A DNA stretch of 38,750 nucleotides, from the NCBI GenBank assembly GCA_001873675.1, contig MNZP01000007.1, positions 1 through 38,750 of the forward strand. Reading direction: 5' to 3'. Made by a program: the position numbers and the translations under genes. The stretch is from Syntrophaceae bacterium CG2_30_49_12. GTDB lineage: Bacteria; Desulfobacterota; Syntrophia; Syntrophales; CG2-30-49-12. Below the pieces are notes generated by a model. That model made no database searches and was not told the DNA's origin. It saw only the letters and a program-made list of their open reading frames with translations. This document shows positions 9,416-18,479 of this stretch, piece by piece (the stretch's first letter is position 1; every line of letters starts with the position of its first letter).

Positions 9416-10720
9416 TCAATCAGCAACGGGCCCCTTCTTAGCATTTTTGATAATGAGAAAGTACCCTACTGCACCCAAAAAGCCATATAGAAGTATGAAG
9501 GCTACAAGAGTAACTGTTACCTGAGAGGTGGCAAGGGGAGAAACTGCATCTCTTGTCTTCATGAGACCATAAACAATCCAGGGCTGGCGACCCATCTCGG
9601 CCAGGATCCACCCTAACTCAGCGGCGATGTACGGCAGAGGAAGGGAAAAGAGCATCAACTTCAAATACCGGGGGCTTTCCACCAAGCGATTTTTCTTGAA
9701 CCAGCCCCAAAGGGTAACTAAGGCAAAATAGAACCCCAGAACTACCATGAGCCGGAAAGCACCAAAACTGATGAGTACAGGAGGCCGTTCGTCGCGCGGA
9801 TAGTCCTTCAGCCCTTTTACCTCGGCATCGCTCCTGTGAAAGGCCAGCAAACTTAGCATTCCGGGAAGGGGGCCTATGGCAGTGCTGTTTTTCTCCTTAG
9901 CCTCATCGGGAAAGGCAAAAAAATAGATGGGAGCATTCCTGGATGTTTCCCAGTGAGATTCCATGGCCGCCAATTTGGTGGGTTGATTTTCCGCGAGGTC
10001 CCTCCCATGCAGATGACCCTCCCAGATCTCAAATAAGGAAAAGATGAGACCAAAGACCAGGGCGAGGCGAAAGGACTTTGTAAAAAACGCTACATGCTGT
10101 TTCTTCAACAGATGATAGGCACTGATCCCCATGACGAAAAATGCGCTCAAGATGTAGGCGGCACTGATTGTATGAAGGATCATCAGAATACCGGTCTTAT
10201 TAAGGGCCACGGCGGCAAAGCTTTCCAGCTCAGCCCGGCCATTTCTAATAACATAGCCCACAGGGTGTTGCATCCAGGCATTGGCAGTAAGAATCCATAC
10301 TGCGGAACCAGTTGAGGCAAAGGCAACAAGCCACATCACAATAGCATGCGCCCCTTTAGAGATCTTCCTCCAGCCGAAAAGCCAGACTCCGATTAAAGTG
10401 GACTCCAGGAAAAAGAATCCCAATGCCTCAATTGCGAGAAGGGAGCCAAAGATATCCCCCATGAAGGCTGAATAGCGGGACCAGTTAGTTCCGAACTGAA
10501 ACTCAAGGGTTATGCCGGTCACGATTCCAATGACAAAATTGATAAGGAAAAGCTTACCCCAGAACCTGGTCATTTTCAGGTATGTCTCATCCCCCGTCTT
10601 TACATACCTTGTTTCCATGATGGCCACCAAAACGGACAGGCCCAGTGTAAGCGGTACAAAAAGAAAATGAAAGAACGTGGCCACGGCAAACTGTAATCTT
10701 GAAAGTAACAAAACATCCAT
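9416..10720 (-). CDS. cydA: Cytochrome bd oxidase subunit I (short Q-loop type)
   Basis: 434 aa with LSRLQFA....H.LFVP.T.G and GWILAEMGRQPW motifs. Confidence 0.9.
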   Translation of the reverse strand: MDVLLLSRLQFAVATFFHFLFVPLTLGLSVLVAIMETRYVKTGDETYLKMTRFWGKLFLINFVIGIVTGITLEFQFGTNWSRYSAFMGDIFGSLLAIEALGFFFLESTLIGVWLFGWRKISKGAHAIVMWLVAFASTGSAVWILTANAWMQHPVGYVIRNGRAELESFAAVALNKTGILMILHTISAAYILSAFFVMGISAYHLLKKQHVAFFTKSFRLALVFGLIFSLFEIWEGHLHGRDLAENQPTKLAAMESHWETSRNAPIYFFAFPDEAKEKNSTAIGPLPGMLSLLAFHRSDAEVKGLKDYPRDERPPVLISFGAFRLMVVLGFYFALVTLWGWFKKNRLVESPRYLKLMLFSLPLPYIAAELGWILAEMGRQPWIVYGLMKTRDAVSPLATSQVTVTLVAFILLYGFLGAVGYFLIIKNAKKGPVAD

Positions 10721-10789
10721 AAACTATCCTCCTTTCCTGCCTCTAAGGCATGTTTTTGAGATTTAAACGGCGGCGTTTACTTAAAAAAC

Positions 10790-11236
10790 CTATCTTCCCT
10801 GTCTGGATGACCCTTCCAAAGGGCCAAAGCAAGATTCTCCCTCCATGAGCTTGGCGAAGTTGACCTCCCCGAGGGTATTTCTTAGCTGCGTCCTCGCCCT
10901 CTCCCAGAGGCAATGAACTGAGCAGGTTGCACTTCTGCGGCATGAAGCTGGCCTCATGATGCAATCATTCAAGAATATTTCGCCGCTGATGGCTTCGACT
11001 GCGTTTAAAAGAGAGATTTTCTCTGGTGAAACTAAAAGCCGGTACCCACCTTTTGCGCCCTGGACAATCTCGATAAGCCCTGCTTTCGCTAATTGTTGGG
11101 CTATCTTCCCCAAAAACTGCCCGGGAATCTCCATGTACTTCGCAATCTCTTTACGACCCACGACCTCTCCCTTTCCGTTGACGGCAAGAAAAAGGATACA
11201 GCGCACAGCATATTCAGTAGCCCTTGTTATTCGCAT
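10790..11236 (-). CDS. Rrf2-family transcriptional regulator with a Cys-rich putative Fe-S ligand region
   Basis: It has an MRITRATEYAVRCILFLA wHTH and a C-terminal C..x6..C..x5..C..x3..C cluster. It lies directly upstream of cydAB on the same strand. Confidence 0.85.
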   Translation of the reverse strand: MRITRATEYAVRCILFLAVNGKGEVVGRKEIAKYMEIPGQFLGKIAQQLAKAGLIEIVQGAKGGYRLLVSPEKISLLNAVEAISGEIFLNDCIMRPASCRRSATCSVHCLWERARTQLRNTLGEVNFAKLMEGESCFGPLEGSSRQGR

Positions 11237-11281
11237 GGTGACTCTTCTTAAGCCAAACAGGATAAATAAGATTTTTTTTAT

Positions 11282-11309
11282 CCTATATTGGTTTTTCCCA
11301 CCCTGTCAA
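11282..11309 (-). promoter_or_regulatory. Candidate sigma70-type promoter for the Rrf2-cydAB operon, overlapped by an 8-bp inverted repeat
   Basis: The minus strand reads TTGACA-16 nt-TATAGG. The inverted repeat AGGATAAA-N10-TTTATCCT (11259-11284) overlaps the -10 element. Confidence 0.4.
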
Positions 11310-11326
11310 GTATTTTTCGCATCTTC

Positions 11327-12526
11327 TTACATACCTTTTGGTGTTGGTTTTATAGTGATTATAAATACAATAAATAACATTGCCGAAAGGATGGCCGTTG
11401 TTGCTCCGAAATAGAAAGTTGCCGCGGGAGAGATGTTATCCCAGAGCCATCCTCCGAAAAGGCTGGCAGGAAACATTGCCAGTCCGATGGCGGTGTTATA
11501 GACCCCAAAGGCGGTTGCCTTAAAATCGGAGGGGATAATGGTGGCAAGAAACGCTTTCTGTATACCCTCTGTGAGCCCCATAAAGAGTCCGTAAAGGCCG
11601 AAGAGGAGCCATATAATCCTTTGATCTGATGTAACTCCAAAACCGTAGTAGAGAAGGGCAAACAACACAAAACCCCAGAAGATAACTCTCTTTTTCCCGA
11701 ATCGGTCCGCCATCATACCGGCCGGGATAGATGATATTGAGTAGATGAGATTAAACAGGAGATAGATCACGGGAATCATGGCAGTAGGAACCCCTGTCTG
11801 TTGGGCCCTCAATATCAGGAATACATCGCTTGAGTTGCCTATGGCGAAGATGCCGGCGATGATGACGAAAAACTTGAATCGCCAGTCGAAATGTTTCCAG
11901 GTAAGTTTTGGCTTTTCTGATGGATGATCGGTAGAAAATTTTTTCTTCTCCCTGATAAAAAAGATGATCAGAAGTACGGCAATTACCCCCGGTATCATGG
12001 AAAGCCAGAAAATGCTGCGATAGTTATTTGAAAGTATCACCAGCAGGAAAAAAGCAATCGCCGGCCCGATGACTGCGCCCATCGTGTCCATTGAGCGGTG
12101 AAAACCGAATGCCCTTCCGAGATGCGTGATATCTGCAGACTCAGCGATGATGGCATCGCGGGGTGCGGTGCGGATTCCCTTACCAAACCTGTCCATAAAA
12201 CGGAAAGCCATTACATGTTGCCACCCTGTGGCAAGGGCAACGATCGGTCTGCTCAAGGTAGATATGGAGTATCCGGCAGCCATGAACCATTTTCTGTTTC
12301 CCAGTCTATCAGAAAACCACCCTGAAAAAACCTTGAGCAGGCTGGCAGTTGATTCCGCGATACCTTCAATAAGGCCGATGGTCGTTTTATTTATTCCCAG
12401 CACATTGGCAAGAAAAAGCGGCACGAGGGGATATATCATTTCAGAGCTTATATCCATAAAAAAGCTCACCAGGCCGGCAATGAATATATTTTTACCGTCC
12501 TTCCCGAAGCCGAAAAATTTTCTCAC
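11327..12526 (-). CDS. MFS transporter
   Basis: 399-aa protein with about 12 hydrophobic segments and a D-R-x-G-R-K-like loop (SDRLGNRK / ADRFGKKR). Confidence 0.85.
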   Translation of the reverse strand: MRKFFGFGKDGKNIFIAGLVSFFMDISSEMIYPLVPLFLANVLGINKTTIGLIEGIAESTASLLKVFSGWFSDRLGNRKWFMAAGYSISTLSRPIVALATGWQHVMAFRFMDRFGKGIRTAPRDAIIAESADITHLGRAFGFHRSMDTMGAVIGPAIAFFLLVILSNNYRSIFWLSMIPGVIAVLLIIFFIREKKKFSTDHPSEKPKLTWKHFDWRFKFFVIIAGIFAIGNSSDVFLILRAQQTGVPTAMIPVIYLLFNLIYSISSIPAGMMADRFGKKRVIFWGFVLFALLYYGFGVTSDQRIIWLLFGLYGLFMGLTEGIQKAFLATIIPSDFKATAFGVYNTAIGLAMFPASLFGGWLWDNISPAATFYFGATTAILSAMLFIVFIITIKPTPKGM

Positions 12527-12567
12527 CTTTTTCTCTCGACCTTCATAATTGTTCCTTATCTGTCACA

Positions 12568-13038
12568 TTAAAATCTCAGCGTTGCTTTACATCTTTTGGG
12601 GTTAAGCAGAAGGTTGAGCCCATCGAGGGCGCTTCTCACATGAATATCTGATGCCGTCAGTGCATCCACCGCACAGCCTTCGCCCTCTGAAACAGCTATG
12701 CCAATCCTTGCCGCTTTCAGCATCCGCCTGTCATTTTTCCCGTTGCCAAAGGCAACAACATGTTCTGCACCAAGCCCCCTGATATATTCCTCTTTTTGAA
12801 TGTCATGGTCATCGCCGGAAAGAATCTGGATGATGCAATTTACATCTTTTAGCTCTGCGTAAGCCATACCAAATGTATCAGCAGTCAGTATGTGTACCTT
12901 TAGAAATTCTGCTATCCCGTTCAAGTGTTCCTTTACCGCCGGTAAAAGTCTCCCGCCAACAGACAGGGTGCCTGTAAAATCTGAAACCAGGTGCTCCAGG
13001 ACAACAGGACCAAAACCGGGAATATCAATCTCCAACAT
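12568..13038 (-). CDS. HAD-superfamily hydrolase (COG4087, soluble P-type ATPase-like)
   Basis: 156 aa with a DFTGT nucleophile motif and a GNGKND motif. Confidence 0.75.
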   Translation of the reverse strand: MLEIDIPGFGPVVLEHLVSDFTGTLSVGGRLLPAVKEHLNGIAEFLKVHILTADTFGMAYAELKDVNCIIQILSGDDHDIQKEEYIRGLGAEHVVAFGNGKNDRRMLKAARIGIAVSEGEGCAVDALTASDIHVRSALDGLNLLLNPKRCKATLRF

Positions 13039-13052
13039 GGCAACCTCCAGTT

Positions 13053-13091
13053 AAGTGCCTAAAGTGATCTAAAGTTTAAAGTGCCTAAAGT
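13053..13091. repeat. Direct repeat AAGTGCCTAAAGT x2 within a run of four (C)TAAAGT heptamers
   Basis: The 13-mer occurs at 13053-13065 and 13079-13091, about 15 nt upstream of the HAD gene start. Confidence 0.85.
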
Positions 13092-13162
13092 TATTTAAAA
13101 TGGAAATTCCTGTACTATTAAAATAATATGCAACGGGAGACATGTCCAGGACAATAATTATC

Positions 13163-13320
13163 GTAACTACTCAGGCATAAAGGCTGAAGGTGGATAGACT
13201 GAAGGGAAAAACATGTGCGACCACACAAAGCCAAAATCGTTTGGATACCTTGACAGGTTGTTGTGTCATGAATGATGATTATTGGCCTTCAGTCTTCAGT
13301 CTATACACCTGAGTAGTTAC
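13163..13320. mobile_element. MITE-like 158-bp element with 13-bp perfect terminal inverted repeats
   Basis: GTAACTACTCAGG (13163-13175) pairs with CCTGAGTAGTTAC (13308-13320). The subterminal arms carry repeated CTGAAGG/CCTTCAG units. It has no ORF and is intergenic. Confidence 0.5.
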
Positions 13321-13397
13321 AAAATGTGTTGACAAACGGAGAGAAAAAAATAGAAAAGGAGAGGAAGAATTTTGCTTATCGTATACAAGGAGGAGAT

Positions 13398-14072
13398 ATG
13401 GATATTATTGATGCCATAAGAACACGAAAGAGTATCAGGGGATTCAAGCCTGACCCTGTTCCAAAAGAGATTCTCAGGGAGATCCTAAAAATTGCGGGAT
13501 GTGCCCCTTCGGCGATGAATACCCAGCCCTGGGAGTTTACCGTGATTACCGGGAATGTTCTGGAAAATGTAAGGCGGGCCAATGTGGAGAAGCTCAATTC
13601 CGGGGAGAAGCCTCATCCGGATCATGTTGCGGCGAAATGGCCTGATGATAGCATCTATCGGAATCGCCAGGTGGAGCTTGCCAAGCGGATCTTCCAGCTC
13701 ATGGGGATACAGCGGGAGGATAAGGAGAAGAGGGCGCGATGGATGGAGCGGGGATTCCGTTACTTCGATGCACCGGCGGCGATCATTATTTCCGTGGATA
13801 AAGCGTTAAGCGAGGCAGGACCATTGCTCGATATTGGCGCGGTGATGCAGACCATCTGTATCGCTGCCCTGGACTACGGCCTTGGCACCTGTATCGAGGA
13901 TCAGGGGATCATGTATCCCGGCGTATTGAGAGAATTTGCCGGCATACCCGAGTCCAAGCGGATAATCATCGCCATCGCCGTCGGCTATCCCGACGGGGAT
14001 TTTCCGGTAAACAAACTGGAAAGCACCCGGGAACCCGTAGAAAACACCACGACATGGTGCGGCTTCGCATAG
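13398..14072 (+). CDS. Nitroreductase-family FMN oxidoreductase
   Basis: It has RKSIRGFK, PSAMNTQPW and a C-terminal GYP motif. The start is set at 13398, after AGGAGG. Confidence 0.85.
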   Translation: MDIIDAIRTRKSIRGFKPDPVPKEILREILKIAGCAPSAMNTQPWEFTVITGNVLENVRRANVEKLNSGEKPHPDHVAAKWPDDSIYRNRQVELAKRIFQLMGIQREDKEKRARWMERGFRYFDAPAAIIISVDKALSEAGPLLDIGAVMQTICIAALDYGLGTCIEDQGIMYPGVLREFAGIPESKRIIIAIAVGYPDGDFPVNKLESTREPVENTTTWCGFA

Positions 14073-14160
14073 CATATATAAGGATAGCGATATCCTTAAA
14101 TCATTTGATCGCAGCCGTAGTAGAGAGAGGCTGCGGTACTTCGCATTTTTTAAAGAGGAA

Positions 14161-15969
14161 TTGACGTTGCCAGGAAGAATTGTTGTTCTGCCTGAGGAAC
14201 TAACCAACAAGATAGCGGCGGGAGAGGTCGTCGAGAGGCCGGCATCCATTGTCAAGGAACTCCTCGAAAACGCCCTTGATGCCGGGGCGACAGATGTGAC
14301 TATTGAGCTTGAGAAGGGCGGGTGTGGCTCCATAAGGATTACCGATAACGGCGAGGGTATAGAGGATGAGGATGTGCCGCTGGCCTTTTCACGGTATGCC
14401 ACCAGCAAGATATACCAGTTTGACGATATCTACAGGGTAAAATCCTTTGGTTTCCGGGGAGAGGCCCTCCCCAGCATTGCCTCTATCTCAAGGGTCGAGA
14501 TGGTTACCAGGAAGAGGGAATCTGTATCAGGTACGAGGGTGATCGTTGAGGCCGGGCAGGTCAAGGAAATTGCCGCTGCGGGCTGTCCTGTCGGTACATC
14601 CGTTCTTGTCAACCGCATTTTTGATCCTGTTCCCGTCCGCAAGAAGTTTCTCAAGGCAGAGGTGACGGAACAGGGACACTGCCTTGATGTGATCACAAGG
14701 GCGGCCCTGTCCCATCCTGAAGTGAGGATGAAGGTTGTAGCCAGGGGGAAGGAAATTTTGAACATTCCTGCCACCCAGGATGTCTCGCTGCGGGTCTCCC
14801 TCGTTATCGGCGCCGATTTCATGGATCATATCCTGCCGGTAAGGGGAGTCAGGAGCGATATAAGCGTTAGTGGATTTGTCTGCAGGCCTGAGTTTACAAG
14901 GTCCAGCGCCAGGCACATCTATTGCTATGTGAATAAGAGGTTCGTCAGGGATTATCTTTTGAACCATGCCGTGATGACGGCTTACAGGCGTTTGCTCGAT
15001 GTCAGAAGGTATCCCGCCGTTGTTCTCTTTGTTGATCTTCCCCCCGGCGAGGTAGATGTCAATGTCCATCCCGCTAAGATGGAAGTCCGCTTCAGAACCC
15101 CCCGCGATGTCTATGAAGTTGTCCTGGGAGTTCTGGCGGGGGCCCTGGCCGGTATCTCTCCTGCAACAGAAACATTGGCTGGACCCGTTTTATCAGGGGG
15201 GAGGGCAAGTCCTGAGGGGTATCGGAGCGGGCTTGAAGAGGGGCTGAGGCGGTACACGGTTTCTTCGGGAAGGGGAAAACTCTTCTTTGAGAGAGCCTTT
15301 GCCGACAAAAAGGAAGAACAGGCAGGAGCGGCCGTACCGGAGGAGACCGCCGAGGAGGATTTTGCTTTCCTCACGGGAATATCATTTGCCGAGCTGGAAT
15401 ATGTGGGGCAGGTTGCCGGCACGTACCTCGTTTTTTCCTCTACCGAGGGGTTGATCCTCGTAGATCAGCATGCGGCACATGAGCGGATCCTCTTTGAGAA
15501 ATTCAGGGAGAAGGCACCTGCAGCAGGTGAAAGGGCGGTCGGCCAGCGGTTGCTGATCCCGGAGGTTATCAGCCTCCCCCTGAAGGATTTTTCCTTTCTC
15601 ATGGAAGCCAGGCAAATCCTCGACGAGGCGGGGATAGAGGTGGAGCCGTTCGGCAAGGATACGGTTGTCGTAAAGACCGTTCCTGCCATGCTGCCCGATG
15701 TCGAGCCGAAGGCGGTGATCATGGATCTCCTTGAGGAATTTTCAGAGACCGGACACCCGCTGAGTATGCAAGATAAGAAGGATAAAGTCTTTGCCTTTCT
15801 GGCCTGCAGGGGGGCCGTAAAGGCAAACCAGAGGCTTTCGGCGCCGGAAGTAGCTAAGCTATGTAGAGATCTGGATGCCACACCGTTTTCCTCCACCTGT
15901 CCCCACGGAAGGCCTGTTTATATCTCCTTCAGTTTTAAAGAGATGGAAAGGATGTTCAAACGAAGGTGA
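14161..15969 (+). CDS. mutL: DNA mismatch repair protein MutL
   Basis: It has a GHKL ATPase N-terminus (IAAGEVVERPASIVKELLENALDAG, DNG.GI), QHAAHERI and C-terminal CPHGRP. The start is TTG at 14161 or 14167. Confidence 0.93.
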   Translation: MTLPGRIVVLPEELTNKIAAGEVVERPASIVKELLENALDAGATDVTIELEKGGCGSIRITDNGEGIEDEDVPLAFSRYATSKIYQFDDIYRVKSFGFRGEALPSIASISRVEMVTRKRESVSGTRVIVEAGQVKEIAAAGCPVGTSVLVNRIFDPVPVRKKFLKAEVTEQGHCLDVITRAALSHPEVRMKVVARGKEILNIPATQDVSLRVSLVIGADFMDHILPVRGVRSDISVSGFVCRPEFTRSSARHIYCYVNKRFVRDYLLNHAVMTAYRRLLDVRRYPAVVLFVDLPPGEVDVNVHPAKMEVRFRTPRDVYEVVLGVLAGALAGISPATETLAGPVLSGGRASPEGYRSGLEEGLRRYTVSSGRGKLFFERAFADKKEEQAGAAVPEETAEEDFAFLTGISFAELEYVGQVAGTYLVFSSTEGLILVDQHAAHERILFEKFREKAPAAGERAVGQRLLIPEVISLPLKDFSFLMEARQILDEAGIEVEPFGKDTVVVKTVPAMLPDVEPKAVIMDLLEEFSETGHPLSMQDKKDKVFAFLACRGAVKANQRLSAPEVAKLCRDLDATPFSSTCPHGRPVYISFSFKEMERMFKRR

Positions 15970-15979
15970 GGGAGGCGAT

Positions 15980-16921
15980 ATGGATATGAGCCGGGAAGAA
16001 CCTAAACCCCGTTTGATCATCATCGTTGGCCCCACAGGTATCGGGAAGACAGATGCGGCTATCAGGCTGGCAGACGAGCTGGGGGGCGAGATCATCAGCA
16101 CCGATTCGATGCAGGTTTACCGGTATATGGATATCGGCACAGCAAAACCTACATTGGCAGAGCGGACACGGGTGAGACATCATCTGATTGACGTGGTTAA
16201 TCCGAACGAAGAGTTTAATGCCGCCATGTTTGTAAAGGAGGCGGGGGCGATCATCGGGAAGTTAAATTGCCTGCAAAAGCCCGTCTTTGTGGTTGGCGGT
16301 ACGGGTCTCTATATCAGGGCGCTGCTGGGCGGGCTTTTTGAAGGTCCCGGCGCCGATCCCGACCTGCGGGAGTTTTACCGTCAGGAAGCGGCCCGCCACG
16401 GTAAAAGATACCTCTATGAGAAGCTGAGGGTCAAGGATGAAAAGGCTGCCGCCCTGATTGACGGCAACGATATCAGCAGGATTATAAGAGCCCTCGAGGT
16501 CCTGGAGCTGACCGGCAAGTCCATTGTGGAACAGCAAAAGGCACACCATTTCAGGGATAATCTCTATGAATGCCTCAAGATCGGTCTGATGACGGAGAGA
16601 GAACAGTTATATGCCAGGATCGAGCAGAGAACAGAGAAGATGATAGAGGACGGCTTTACCGATGAAGTCCGTAATCTATTAGCCATGGGTTATGATGAAA
16701 CCATCAAGCCGATGCAGTCTCTCGGTTATAAACATATCGTGGGTTATCTGCGGGGGGAATACTCTCTTGGGGAGGCGGTCAGGACGATAAAGCGCGACAC
16801 GAGGCGCTACGCCAAACGCCAGTTGACCTGGTTTAAAGCGGATAAGGATGTCGAGTGGTTCTCTCCGCGCGAGACCGATGCCATCCGGAAAAGGGTAAGG
16901 AAAGCCTTGCCTTGCTTATGA
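15980..16921 (+). CDS. miaA: tRNA dimethylallyltransferase
   Basis: It has the P-loop GPTGIGKT, SADS-like STDSMQVYRYMDIGTAKP and YAKRQLTWF. The start is 5 nt after GGGAGG, just after the mutL stop. Confidence 0.93.
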   Translation: MDMSREEPKPRLIIIVGPTGIGKTDAAIRLADELGGEIISTDSMQVYRYMDIGTAKPTLAERTRVRHHLIDVVNPNEEFNAAMFVKEAGAIIGKLNCLQKPVFVVGGTGLYIRALLGGLFEGPGADPDLREFYRQEAARHGKRYLYEKLRVKDEKAAALIDGNDISRIIRALEVLELTGKSIVEQQKAHHFRDNLYECLKIGLMTEREQLYARIEQRTEKMIEDGFTDEVRNLLAMGYDETIKPMQSLGYKHIVGYLRGEYSLGEAVRTIKRDTRRYAKRQLTWFKADKDVEWFSPRETDAIRKRVRKALPCL

Positions 16922-17574
16922 TGAAAGAGCGGTATTTTTCCCAAGCATCTATCCACCAGAAGGCAAGAACCATGCTTCAGAGCATAAAAAGGCGTGATCT
17001 TGTCTTCGTACCGGAGTGTTCGGCGCTACTGATCCTGGATATGCAGAAATACTTTTTGAGCGCTTCTTCCCATGCCTTTATTCCCAGCGCCCAGGCGATA
17101 ATTCCTCTCATTGCGAAACTGAAAGAGGCTTATGTAGCAAAAGGTCTGCCCCTAATCTTTACACGGCATCTCAATTCTCCCCAAAACGCAGGAATGATGG
17201 CAAAATGGTGGCAAGACCTGATCGGGGAAGAAAACCCACTAAGTGAGATCATTGATGAATTAGATATTTCAAGCGGTATGGTTCTTAAAAAGAGCCAGTA
17301 TGACGCCTTTTTTGAAACCCCCCTGACAGATATTCTGAGGGGAAAAGGGGTAACCCAGGTAGTGATATGCGGAGTAATGACGCATCTCTGTTGTGAAACC
17401 ACCGCACGTTCCGCTTTTGTCAGGGGATTTGAGGTTTTTTTCACCGTTGACGGCACCGCTTCCTATAATGAAAGGTTTCATCTGGCGACGCTTTTGAATC
17501 TCTCCCACGGATTTGCCGTACCGGCGCTCGTGGAAGAATTACTTACCGCCTGCCGGGGGAGAGATGCAAACTGA
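16918..17574 (+). CDS. Isochorismatase-family hydrolase (EntB/PhzD-like)
   Basis: It has ALLILDMQKYF and VVICGVMTHLCCETTARSAF. Its start codon overlaps the miaA stop (ATGA). Confidence 0.8.
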   Translation: MMKERYFSQASIHQKARTMLQSIKRRDLVFVPECSALLILDMQKYFLSASSHAFIPSAQAIIPLIAKLKEAYVAKGLPLIFTRHLNSPQNAGMMAKWWQDLIGEENPLSEIIDELDISSGMVLKKSQYDAFFETPLTDILRGKGVTQVVICGVMTHLCCETTARSAFVRGFEVFFTVDGTASYNERFHLATLLNLSHGFAVPALVEELLTACRGRDAN

Positions 17575-18451
17575 GAATGTCATTATCATTGGAGCAGGCC
17601 CTGCGGGAGTTGCAACAGCGATACAACTGAAACGCTACGGCATCGTTCCCCTCCTCCTGGAAAAAAATGAAACGGGTGGTCTCTTAAGAAACGCTAACCT
17701 GGTGGAGAACTACCCCGGTTTCCCCGGCGGCATATCAGGTACGGCTCTCGTGAATCTCTTTGAAAAACAGTTAGCAGAGAACTCGATTAATGTTCGTTTC
17801 GCAGAAACGACAGGGCTCGACCTCAAAGACAACCTGTTCAGAGTGGCAACCTCTCGTGGAGTCCATTATTCACTGGTTATAGTCGTTGCCTCAGGAACAA
17901 AACCAAAGAAACCCGATGTTCCTGAAACAGTCGAAGAGGTAAAAGACAGGATTTTTTACGAGGTTTACCCTCTTCTTAAGGTGAGGAGAAAAAAAATTGT
18001 CATTGTGGGGGCGGGTGATGCCGCCTTCGATTATGCCCTGAATCTCGCCAAAAAAAACGAAGTCGTCATCCTCAACCGGTCAAGGACGACAAAATGTCTT
18101 CCCCTCTTGAGGGAAAGGGTAGAGTCAGCGCCTTCGGTCTCTTACTGTGAAGATACTAAAATTCTCAGGATTACAAGTATCTGTCCCTCCAACATGCTCC
18201 TTGAATGTTCCCGCCCCGGAGGAATCTCAAAATTAGATGCCCATTACCTGATATTTGCCGTCGGCAGGGAACCACAATTGGATTTCCTCTCGGAAGGGTT
18301 AAAGGTTAATGCCCGAAAAATGGAAGACAGGGGAGGCCTCTACTTTGTCGGAGATGTGAAAAACGGCGCCTTCAGACAGACAGCAATTGCCGTAGGGGAC
18401 GGGATCATGGCGGCAATGAAAATCCGTGAGAGGCTGAAGGCTGAAGGCTGA
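17564..18451 (+). CDS. FAD/NAD(P)-dependent oxidoreductase (thioredoxin-reductase-like fold, no CxxC seen)
   Basis: It has GAGPAG and a second GAGDAA dinucleotide motif, plus C-terminal GD...A.G.G. It overlaps the upstream gene by 11 nt. Confidence 0.75.
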   Translation: MQTENVIIIGAGPAGVATAIQLKRYGIVPLLLEKNETGGLLRNANLVENYPGFPGGISGTALVNLFEKQLAENSINVRFAETTGLDLKDNLFRVATSRGVHYSLVIVVASGTKPKKPDVPETVEEVKDRIFYEVYPLLKVRRKKIVIVGAGDAAFDYALNLAKKNEVVILNRSRTTKCLPLLRERVESAPSVSYCEDTKILRITSICPSNMLLECSRPGGISKLDAHYLIFAVGREPQLDFLSEGLKVNARKMEDRGGLYFVGDVKNGAFRQTAIAVGDGIMAAMKIRERLKAEG

Positions 18452-18455
18452 AGGG
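18433..18455. repeat. Heptanucleotide tandem repeat (GCTGAAG)x3
   Basis: Three perfect copies span the last codons and the TGA stop of the oxidoreductase gene. Confidence 0.9.
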
Positions 18456-18479
18456 GACCCTTGCATGAGGAAGCGAAAA

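Noticed and set aside
14080-14097. The hairpin AAGGATA-GCGA-TATCCTT after the nitroreductase stop, and the hairpin AATCAG-ACCGC-CTGATT at 32108-32124, as intrinsic terminators.
   Set aside because: Both have short AT-rich stems without a following U-tract, so they are not convincing Rho-independent terminators.
15875-15979. Long N-terminal extensions offered by the ORF track for miaA (15875), the isochorismatase (16855), the oxidoreductase (17513), L9 (5510), the nitroreductase (13326), MoxR (24688), HEPN (20449) and Vsr (36183).
   Set aside because: These extensions overlap the preceding genes and lack an SD. In every case an internal ATG with a good SD coincides with the start of family homology.
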